A stretch of DNA of 64,000 bases from Lepidodermella squamata (Eukaryota > Animalia > Gastrotricha), in contig JBLDXI010000021.1 in assembly GCA_047495785.1 (NCBI GenBank), positions 930,001 to 994,000 of the forward strand, written 5' to 3'. How positions within the stretch are numbered: the first letter of the stretch is position 1; every line of letters starts with the position of its first letter. The position numbers and the translations under genes were made by a program. Shown here piece by piece: positions 36,285 to 47,340 of the stretch. The notes below the pieces were generated by a model, which saw nothing but the letters and a program-made list of their open reading frames with translations, was not told the origin of the DNA and made no database searches.

Positions 36285-37992
36285 TTAGTAGTCAAGATAG
36301 GTCTGATCTCTAAGACTGACCATGTAGGCGTGAATAGTGAAACCAGCACAAAAACACAGGAAACCAACAGCAAAATCTAGAATCCTGACCAAGCCACCCA
36401 TTTTTTGCCAGAAACTTGCGTTTACCAAATCGCTCACTGAATCTGTAGAAGCCATCAATTCATGGCAACAAGCTACCAGTTGGTAGACAACACAACTAGC
36501 AGTCAACCAGAAGAGGGAAGTGACGTAATCGATCAGAAAAATCCGCTGAGATGTTTTGGCAACGTTGCTAGCTACCGTCGATTGAGTGACACCCATCGTA
36601 AGCAAAACTGCCATCGAAAACGCCGGGCGATCTGGGTGCATAGGCGGCATGACAAACGAAGCTATTTCAACGAAGAACAACACTGCATTCGGCATGATAA
36701 GATTGAATGTGAAAAACGAAGGATTTCGTGTCAAAGTGATGCCAAAATAGACAGAGCTAGTCCTTGCCCCTTTATAAATAATCTCCGAAATGTTGTAACC
36801 ATGACCATGAACCCGCCACCTGTCTTGAGATTCCTGCTCTTGGAACACGAATATCGGAGTAGCGAACTTGACCAGTGATGCTGCTCGGTTTAGCGAGAAT
36901 TGAAAGAAACAGGTTTGACGATCGAACGGGTAGTAAAGCATGGTCATTTTACATGCGGCGGAGAATTGGCCATCTTTAAGCCAGAAAAACTGAATGGTTT
37001 CATTCGGGTTAGTTTCTCGTTTCGACGTTACCGCCGTAAGGTCATCACCGAACAGTTCTGTAGCCTGAAGATAGATGCTTCCGCTATCTCCGTTGACAAG
37101 CCGTAATGGCGGGGTCCAAACGTCCCTACTATCTGCAACATACAACTGTTCGACAGGCTTTTTCGCAAAAACTTCGTTGCTATCAGCTGGGCATGTCATT
37201 ACTGTCCATGTCATCAAAAGAGTACCGCTGACTGAAATCGTTTCAGCGACCATGTCTAGATCGTAAAGCTTGTCGATAGCGAATGCTGGTTTGATAACAA
37301 GAGGGGATTTATCTGGAGTGGACGGGGCAGCTCGCGTCGGTAGGAAATCGCCACATTCTTCAGCGAGTTCCCTCGCCGTAGATTTAGCAAAAGGTAGATC
37401 GTTAGATACATCGAATACTGACATCATGAGACCATAAACTCGCTGAGAAGAGCTATCGTCTCTGCTGACATCCTGTTCGAACTTGGTCAGATCTGATAAG
37501 AAAAGCGCCAAATAAGCTACAACTTATATCTGGTGTCAAGCTTCCTACCGAACGAATCGGTCATCATTGACATCGAAATTTTCGCATTTGACCGCTGTAC
37601 CTGAAGCAATTAATTTTAACCTGGGTGTCAACATTTGAGCGCAAAATAACATACGGTCTTCGTGTCACGTAGTATTGATACAGTAACACGCTGCGTAGCC
37701 TAGAATGAAACAATTGAAATTGAGCAGTTGATATCATTCGATTATGAAGCTACAAAAATTACATCGGGTTTATTCTGAAAATAAAACTAAATACGTTTTT
37801 GGAAACCAAATTAAATTATACCTGGCTCGTATCCACCGAAGTAAGCGTCGACAATTCTAGTGAAGAAGTTGTCTCTGCCGTACTCTGGGTCGCAGTGGTA
37901 GAATTTTCCTGTCCGATCGCGAAAGGCAAACATGACAGTACTATTATTGCAGCCCGAAGCTTGATCGTCAACTTTTTCCCCAATCTATACAT
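36285..37992 (-). CDS. Cys-loop channel subunit, copy C: signal peptide and short Ser/Thr stalk, no lectin domains
   Basis: ATG 37992 gives MYRLGKKLTIKLRAAIIVLSCLPFAIGQENSTTATQST. Small exons end in ...ISMSMMTDSF|DLTKF. Cys-loop CKMTMLYYPFDRQTC, then M1-M4. Confidence 0.85.
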
Positions 37993-38596
37993 TCAGCAAT
38001 TCCTGTTTCTCTTGGAACAATCAAAATGCAAGTGCGCGCCCCTGCACCTGTTGTTGGCAGAATTTGTCCTTATGCCGAGAATAACAAAACAGTACTCACG
38101 TCACTCATAACTTATTCCGCAAAGTCAGTCAACATCGCGCAAAACTAGAACGCTTCAGAATTTAGACCAACAAATAAGACCATCTCGTACATTTCCAATG
38201 TCGAACATAACATTATAAATAATCGCACTCGTCTGCACGTATAGAAACGTTGAACCCCAAGGTTGAGCAGTTCGAGTCAAGTTCGAATCGAGAACTAGCG
38301 GGGACATGTATCTCTATAAAGACGAACACAATAATTCAGATAATCGATTAGAACCAAAGCCACAGTTCCAAATATTGAGAGTTATGGTCAGTTATGTATA
38401 ATGATGCTTGGGAATATCGCCTGCCTGTCACTGAGGATTAATTGGGGGTTTTCAAGGTTCGGCACTGTGTGGTTTGAGCAAGAATAACTTGAATAAGACT
38501 CAGTAGATTTTACTACCAGATTTATTACCACGAAAAATAAGCATATAAGCGAAGTGCTATACAACAATAGCTAATGATAACTGTTATCTCTTTATA

Positions 38597-41500
38597 TTAA
38601 CCCTGCAATTGATCGATTTGGCGAGATTGATTGCTCATATTGATTAGATAAGCGTGAACAACGCATCCGGCGCTGAAGCACATGAAAGAGACCACTGCGT
38701 CAAGGAACCTCGTGAAACCCCCGATCCTCATGACAGCCATTGGGTAGAGAACGGCAATCTGCTCATCATCAGCCATGGCCAGTTCATGGCAACAAGCTAC
38801 AAGCTGATAGACTACGCAGCTCGCTGTCAACCAGAACATCGCTGATATGTAATCAACCAGGAAAATTCTCTGAGATGTTTTAGCAACATTGCTTGAAACT
38901 ATGGATTGAGTAACTCCCATAGCTAACAACACAGCCATTGAGAATGCAGGTCGGTCTGGATGGATCGGTGGCATCGCAAAAGAGCTTATTTCAACGAGAA
39001 GAAGCACAGCGTTCGGCATGATCAAATTGAACATGTAGAAAGAAGGGTTCCTAGTCAAGGTCACGCCAAAGTAAACTGCACTCGTCTGTGCGCCTTTGTA
39101 GTTCACATTCGAGATGTTGTAAGCCGATCCATAAACAGTCCATCGATCTTGAGGTTCCAATTCTTGCATCATGAAAATAGGCGACGTGAATTTGATCATA
39201 GAAGCAGCTCGATTCAGGGAAAATTGAAAGAAGCAAGTTTGCCGATCAAACGGGTAGAACTGAAGATCCATCCCGCAAGATGCGGAGAATTTCCCATCTT
39301 TAAGCCAGAAAAATTGCAACGTTCGATTCGGCGAGTTTTCTTTCTTTGAAGTAACAGCTGTTAGATCGTCACCGAATAAAGGCGTCTTCTGCATGTACAG
39401 ATTTCCATATGCCCCATTCACCAGCCTGAATTGCGGCGTCCAGACCTGCCCAGTTTCAGACACGAAAAGCCGTTCATAGGCGCGTTTAGTGAACAGGTCA
39501 GAGCTGTTAGCGGGGCATGTATTTACCGTCCAAGTTAGGAGGAATGTGCCGCTGACAGAGATGGTGCCCTCAATTATGTCGAGGTCAAAAAGTTTATCAA
39601 TAGCGAAAGCTGGCCGAACTACGAACGCAGAGTTGTCATAAGTCGGCGGGGCTGCTCTTTCGGGGTTGAAATCATCGCACTGCTCTGTCAACTGTTTCGC
39701 ATTTAGCGGCGAATCTGGCAAATCGTATGGCATATCGAAAATAGTCATGAAAATGGCGTATATCTTTTGGGTCGAGGATTCGACTTTTTCTTTGAATTTT
39801 TCGAAAGCTCCGACATCTAAAGGCTTTACTCATAGAAATAAAGACATGGGCGTAAAAAATCTTACCAAAATTATCAGTGGACATGAGCAAAACTTGCGTT
39901 GGTTTGCCACCACCGCTTAGCTGTTAACAAAATCTAGTTAGCCTTCGAGTGAAAAGTTTAAAATCCTGCTTACAGTTATGCTAGGTGTAGTCTCCAACAC
40001 ATCACTGGGCGCTGGAAACGTACTCGTAGTTTCGACAGTAGTTGTAGACGAGCTTTCTGTGGCCTGGCTTGTAGATGTGCTCAAGGTAGTTGTTGCCGAT
40101 GAAGTAGACGTTGACGTGGGTGAAGTTGACGTGGGTATAGTTGACGTGGGTTTCAAGGAACAGTCGTAAGTTTTCACTTCATGGATTTCAGCTGTGATCG
40201 GATTTGAACTGCCTCCGTTTCTGTTTCGGCAACCGATTCCGACGTACAGTGGTGTTGAGTTGAAAGCGCTCATCAATGAATCACTGAGAGTCACGTTTTC
40301 TATTATTCTTTTACAGTATGTCTTGTCAAAGTTGCAGACATTAATGGAAAGGGATTGCTTCTTGACGCGAATTTGCCAAGTTGATCTCGTTTGTAAGAGG
40401 AAAGAGCTGGCGAACAGTTGCGTAATGACCTCTGGAGAACAAAAGTCCATCGGCACAGAAGCAGCGCAGCCATTGGCCCACCATTTCGTCCCATTTGGGA
40501 CTTTAAACACCGACCCCATGATACCATTGGCCTTGTACCCTTGGAAGAAAATTGTAATTCCTGGCGGAACACAGGATGAACATCAGTAAGAAAGCGAAGT
40601 CACATGGATGATCCTACCTTGATGTAGGTAACGCGCGATGCCGAAATCCCAATATTCAGACAAGTAACTGGCGTGGCTTCCACTTGGTGGACGGATTATG
40701 CTTTCATTATTAGAAAGCACAAACAAACAACCATAGGGCCAATAAGTTATGGTAACGCCGGTCAACAGAGAGCTGTTTCCAGAAATTTGCTGGGTGAACT
40801 CGACATAAAAATCATCAAGAATAGAAAATGGCTAGATAACAGAAAGAGTTGAACGATTTTCGAAGAATGTTCACGCTAAAACAACCGTTTTCGCCCACAT
40901 GTCACCATCTTGATCCATAACCGACGAAAGGAGTCTCAGGCTATTTCCATTTGGGGAAGTCTGATTGATGTTCCACGGTGGATAGTAGTCCCATCTTGCA
41001 AGGTCTGAAGTTGATGAGTAGCTCCACTCCGATCGAGGTGTTCCGTCGGGGCAGCTTATTTCATCAATGCTACTTGGCGAAGAAAGGAGCGAGGTTCCAC
41101 AGTCCCAAACATCCAATGAGTATATATCGACATTTGCGTAACCTGAGCTGCCTTGAGTGGCGGCTAAACCTAACCGCATATCAGCCGATTGAAAAGATGA
41201 CTGGATAGATTCCGCGAAAGTCGCATTTTGTTCGGCGATAATGCAATCTGTCGTATTGAACAGGCAAATCTCAGCCGAGAGCGCAGTCTGTTGCATGCGG
41301 ATTTTAATCGTGGCTTTTGTTTTGAGATATTTGTCAACAGCTAATTGATCCATTGAGATGCATTGGTCGATGCTCGATGACGGACAAGCGGCGCCCCAGG
41401 CAGTCGGGTTTCCATCGGTTTTTATGAAGTTTGCTGAGATGTAATTGTTTGATGCATCAAGTCGTATGTTAAATCCTGAATTAAATCAATATAATCATAG

Positions 41501-42033
41501 GTATTATTTAATCTCTAGTTTAGTCTTGTGGTTCCGTTTACCAATATGGTCTGGTGACGATATCCCATAATCATAAGCCATACCATAACCGAGTTCGCCT
41601 GAGACCGGCCGAACTATGCCATTTAGATTTGTCACCACTATTCCATAGCTGGCTGGGCTTCCGGAAATGTTTTCCATGGAGATAGCTAGTTCCAAGTAGA
41701 AATCGTCCAATTTGAACGGCTGAAAAATAGTATTGATAAAATAGTAAGGCAAAGAATAAACACCAAACTCACCACATTGGACCACATGGCGCCATTTTGA
41801 TTGTTCGACGTTGATAGCAAGCGGACGGTACCAGTTACTTGATTCGTATTATCGATACCAATAGGGGGATAATATGTCCACTTGACTCCTAAGTCTGAAG
41901 TGTCTCGATAGGACAGTTGGGCCTGATATTGGCTGCCACTGCATGAAAAGATAGCTTCGTTCGGAGCCGGGAAAAAGACCAAAGCTGATATGGCCAAATG
42001 AGCAAATTTAACGATGAAGAGGAGCATTCTCAT
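38597..42033 (-). CDS. Lectin-lectin-mucin-Cys-loop channel, copy B
   Basis: Signal peptide MRMLLFIVKFAHLAISAL, two lectin-like domains, ~65-aa stalk, linker exon 39866-39920 (LSGGGKPTQVLLMSTDNF|D) and channel exon 38597-39816 with CGMDLQFYPFDRQTC. Confidence 0.87.
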
Positions 42034-42698
42034 CGATGTCGAGAAATGGAGGATTTTATTGTCTTGTTTTTTTCTTAGTAGGTAGCGCATTGAATATTTC
42101 ACGCTGCGACCGCGTGCTCTATTTTGAAACTTTGACGATCCACATCAATTGACGTCGCGAGCTAAGAGCGGATCGAACTATCGAACGAGGACGTAGCGAT
42201 AGCTCAGAATCTATGCTCTTGACGACGAACGGAGGATTGATAGCGTACTGAATATTCAAGTCTTTATGAGCTATGAATGGAGGTCGCGTAGTTCAAATTT
42301 CTCTTAGCGCCCATATTTTTCAAACAAACTATCTGGGACATTGTTGGAATGTCACCGCCAAACTTCGTTTGAGAAGCTAATGACATCTGCAGTGGAAAAT
42401 GCATACAAATAGAACGCCCACCGTCGTGTCGATTATGTCCACTATCCACAATTACGATTTTTTACGACATTGACAGTCGTCAATAAAAATCGTGGGAGTG
42501 CTGGTATGTCTTATTTATTATGATGCTCGTTCGAAAACAAAAAAAACAATATTAAGATTTATTTCCAAAACTGTCCACTTTTCAACGAAGCAAAACTCAA
42601 AGATATGTAAAGCGTTTTTATCTTTTGACAATGTTTGAACTGTGCGAACGAAAAACGCCACTTTAGAGACCACTGCGTCCTAGGATTAATGTATGATG

Positions 42699-45600
42699 TT
42701 ATTCTTGGCTCAGATTGACTAGGTAAGCGTGAACTATGAATGAAGCGCTGAAGCACATTGCGGCAACTACGGCATCCAATAATCTAGTAAGACTGCCCAA
42801 TTTCTTTAGAATGCTAGGATAGAACAGGTGCTCAATGCCATCATCGACCATCGCCATCTCGTAGTAGCAGGCGACCAATTGGTAGACAACACAGCTGGCT
42901 GTGAGCCAAAACATGCCAGAGACAAATTCAACAAGAAAAATTCTTTGGGATGTTTTAGCGATATTGTCAGAGACCGTTGACTGAGTTACCCCCATCGCTA
43001 ACAATACAGCCATCGAGAAAGCAGGCCTATCAGGATGCATCGGTGGCATTGCAAATGAGCCGAGTTCTACCAAAAAGAGAACAGAATTTGGCATGATGAG
43101 GTTGAAGATGTAAAACGAAGGATTCCTCATTAACGTGACGCCATAGAAGACAACACTCGTCTGGGCGCCTTTGAAATTCGTTGTCGAGACGTTGTAACCC
43201 TGGCCGTAAATTGCCCATCTGTCCTGGGCTTCCTGCTCCTCTAACAAGAAAATCGGGTCTTCAAACTTGAGTAGTGACGCTGCTCGGTTCAGTGAAAATT
43301 CAAAGAAGCAAGTTTGCCGATCGAAAGGATAGAACTGAAGATCCATATTACAACTAGCTGTAAATTGGCCCTCCTTCAACCAAAAAAATTGAATTGTTCT
43401 GTTCGGCGAACTGTTCGATTTCGAAGTTATCACTGTAAGGTCTTCGCCAAACTGAGGCGCCTTCTTGAGGTAGACACCCCCATGTGGACCGTTCACTAGT
43501 CTCAGTGATGGGGTCCAAACTTCACTGATACTTGACACGAACAACTGTTCATAAGGTCGCGCAGTGAAGACGTCAGCACTATCAGCTTGACAAGTCAGAA
43601 CGGACCATGACAGAAGTAGAGTTCCCCCGATAGAAATCGTCTCTTCCACCATGTCGAGATCGTAGAGTTTGTCAACTCCGAACGCCGGTCTGATGATTAG
43701 AGGAGATCTGTCAGGAGTTGGTGGAGCAGCTCGGTCAGGCAGAAAGTCTCTACATTTATCAGCGAGTTGAGAAGCAGTCAATTCGGCGTAAGGCAGGTCA
43801 GAAGGAACGTTAAACACCGCCATAACAGTTTCATACAATTGTTGCGTCGATGGCTCTATTTTATCTTTCAAATCTTTGAAAGCTCCCAAATCTGCAAATC
43901 AAATGACCATTGTCTCCTGAAATTCAATAAATATTCCGTGACTCACCAAAATTGTCGGTGTTCATCAAAAACTCTGGGGTGCCATGGGATTGATTTGGAA
44001 TTTCGAAATTCGTCTTTCTTGCTACAGCAGGGTTGACAAGATTATAACGAGTCGTAATAGTCTCGGAAGAGTCAGTTGAAGTTACAATGCTGAGTTCAAC
44101 CGATGTTGTTGTTTCAACGAATGATGCAGTGGGATCAGAACTATTGGTCACCAGGGGTCCCATTGAATTGCCAAGAGCTGTCGTTGGATTGGAAGATATG
44201 CTCATTGTGCTTGTAGAGCTTTTGCTAGAGTAAACAGTGGGCACAGTCGGGGATGAAGTTGATGAAGATTTTCCAGTTGATGTGGAGCTAGTTGTTTGCA
44301 GCAAGGGCGACGACTTTTGAGTCGAGAACATCGTTGATGTGGAGCTAGTCGTTTGCAACAAGGTCGACGATTTTTGAGTCGACAATACCGTTGAAGAGGG
44401 AAAGGTAGATGATGGGAAGATCGTCGTTGTTATCGAGGCGTTTTTAGTTAATAGGCTAGATGTTGTTGCTGCCGAAGTAGTAGGCCCGCTAGTTGTCAGT
44501 GTTGAAGTAATTTCAGTTGTTGAAGAGGATGTTGATGGTTGCGACGATGTAGTACTAGTCATAGAGCTGGTAGATGTTCGGGATGTCGCAGTGTTAGTCC
44601 CAGTCGTAGTGGTTGCAGGTGAAATCGTCGTTAATCCAAACGGAGCATGATGGGTGGTTGCAGTTGAACCCTTTGGGGTTGTCGTCGTTGATATCTTAGT
44701 TGAAGTCGTAGTTGGCGAAGTTGTACTCGTTGTTGGAGACGTCGTGGTAGATGTCGTCGAAGACGACGTAGACGCTGTGGTTGTAGTTGTAGTTGTAGTT
44801 GTCGTCGTTGTTGTCGGACTAGTAGAGCTCGATGTCGAAGAGGATGAAGTTGATGCCAGTGTTGAGCAGTCATAGGTCGAAATCGAAGTTATCTCAGCAG
44901 TGATAGGATTTGCGTTATTCACTTCCCTGTTGCGACATCCAATCCCGACATACAGCTTCGTCCAATTGAAGGCATTAGCTAGAGAGTCAGCCATCACAAC
45001 ATTAGTAAGTATTTTCTTGCAGTAACTCTTGTCAAAGTTGCACGCGTTGACTGATAGTGTTCTATTCTGAACACGAATTTGCCACGTGGATTTGGCGATC
45101 GTAAGGAAGGAGCTCGCGAATTGCTGATTGATAACGTCTGGCGTGCAGAAGTCATGAAGACCCGAAGACGGACATCCATTCGACCACCACTTCGACGAGT
45201 TCGGATATCTGAACAGCGACCCCATGATACCATTCTGGCGATATCCCTGAAAGAAAATCGTCATCCCTGAAAAGGCGAGGTCTGTTGGTGAAATGACTTT
45301 ACATGCATAATAATACCTTGATGGGTGATTCGATTGAGACCAAAATCGTAAGGCACATTCGCGTAACTCGGATGCATGTTGAATGACGGTCGAATTATGC
45401 TGTTATTCGTTGTAAGGAAAAAAGCGCATCCATAAGGCCAAGTCGTGGATGATCCATCCGTAAGAAGTGAGCTGTTACCACTGATCACGTGAGTGAATTC
45501 GAAGTAAAAATCTTGCAATATCGTGAAAGGCTACAATTTACATGAAATCGATTATATCAATAGTTTTACTATCAGGCACTTATTACCGCTTTCCCCCACA

Positions 45601-46692
45601 TGTTGCCATCTTGATCGAGCTCAGAAGATAGGAATCTAACGCTATTCGGGGGCTTTGAAGTTAGATTGACAGTCATGGGTTGGTAATAGTCCCATTTTGA
45701 GAGATCCGCCGCCGTGGTGTAAGTCCATTCTGGCCGGGGTGTTCCGGCCGGGCAAGCGATTTCATTAACAGAGCTCGGCGACGCGATGGGAACCGTCCCA
45801 CAATCCCACACATCCAGCGAAAACACGTCGATATCAGCATTCCCTCCAGTCGCCTGGCTCGCCACGACGCCCATACGCATCTCCAGTGATCCAAATGTAT
45901 TCTGAATCGATTTTGGGAGTAGTGCATTAGACACGGGTCTAATGCAGTTTGTGGTGTTGAATAAGCAAATATCAGCCGTGAAGTTTCGCTGTTGTATGCG
46001 CATTTTAATTGTCGCTTTCGTCTTCAAATACGTATTGACAGACGTTGAAGAGATCGGGAAGCAGAAGTCGACCGAAGCTGAGGGACAAGTCGCTCCCCAT
46101 TTCGCCGTATCCCCATTATTGACAATAATATTGGCCGACATGTAGTTATTCTTCGTATCGAAACGAATAGCCATTCCTATTAAGATAGCGAAATTTCGAA
46201 TTTGAAATTCTTGAAAAAGTGTCACCGATAAAGTCGATAGCCGAAACTCCGAATTGATAACCGCTAATGAAAGCCAACTTTCCCAGCGGTGGACGTACCA
46301 TGCCATTCAGGTTTGAGAATACCAAGCCGTATCCGAGAGGATTGCTTGAAATCGACGTCATTGAAACCGTCAGCTCCATGTAAAAGTCGTCCAGCTTGAA
46401 AGGCTGTAAAATCAATGTTTAATTTATATTTCATTCTACGGCGTAAATTAACCGCATTGGTCCACATGGCCCCGTTTTGGTTGCTAGCCGCTGATGTCAA
46501 TCGAACGGTTCCAGCAACTTGGGACGCGTTAGATACACCATGGGGTGGATAATATTGCCAATAAGTCGGAACGTCCGTAGAGTTCTTCAATGAATAGCTT
46601 CCCTGATACACACCACCAGTGCAGGCCAAGCTCTGTCCTGAAACATCTGCTGCACAAAAAATTGCGAGAAGCAACAATTTAAATGGTATCAT
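42699..46692 (-). CDS. Lectin-lectin-mucin-Cys-loop channel, copy A (~1244 aa, 6 exons)
   Basis: Exons 46692-46453, 46403-46226, 46176-45587, 45530-45317, 45266-43947 and 43891-42699 are joined by GT-AG introns of 49-56 bp and give one open frame. Cys-loop CNMDLQFYPFDRQTC; Thr/Ser stalk of ~290 aa. Confidence 0.9.
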
Positions 46693-47340
46693 TTCCCCCA
46701 ATAAGTAATGAGATTGAAGTGAATAGGTGATTCTGTTTTTTTAACAAGAATTTCGTTCTTGAGTTGCACTCGGTTCTGTTGTTTTGCCATTCTTGTTATG
46801 ACGAGGGACATTCTAGAACTTCGAACTTCCAAGTTCACGATGTTCTAAGATCGATCGCGAGGTACAAGTTATGCACTTGATCAGTTCGTCAACAGCTCAT
46901 AATCATCTAAAATTTATGAATTCATTATTTTTCAAAGTAAATAGAATCGATCTGGGCTTCAATTTTCCTCATCTTTTCGTTCACTTCCACTTTGTAAGAG
47001 GAAGGTGACTTCTCTTTTATAGTTGTCTTATTGTTGTGTCGAATATATTGTCAATTGCGCGCAGTTGACAACAGTTTTGAGTTGACAACAATGACAGTAG
47101 AGCTGCGTCGGTCAACAAGTAGGTCGCAAAACTGTGCGCGCGCGGCAAAAAAAATAAAAACAAAAGAAATGTAACAAAGACAGCGGTGGGGTATAATATT
47201 GCCGGCACCGGTCAACGCCTAAATAAATAAACATTGCCGAACACAGAAATCATCAATAACACCGCCGGTTCCTAATATAAAAATAGCCCGCATTTCCACC
47301 TTAATACATTTCAAACGCACGAGCATTTTCGACAGATAAA

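Noticed and set aside
32230-43889. Stand-alone nicotinic acetylcholine receptor alpha subunits starting at the ORF-track Met/Leu
   Set aside because: The apparent ORF starts lie in introns or inside the exon, there is no true signal peptide, no vicinal Cys and no loop-B Trp. All four splice to upstream exons through a conserved junction.
43917-43946. Alternative acceptor TTTCAG at 43917 for the copy A stalk-to-channel intron
   Set aside because: It gives a 30-bp intron and an out-of-frame product. The acceptor at 43892 gives 55 bp, stays in frame and matches the paralog junctions.
44631-44875. Arg/Gln-rich and Val-rich ORFs (also 33684-33965, 39978-40169)
   Set aside because: These are alternate-frame or antisense shadows of the Thr/Ser mucin-stalk codons.
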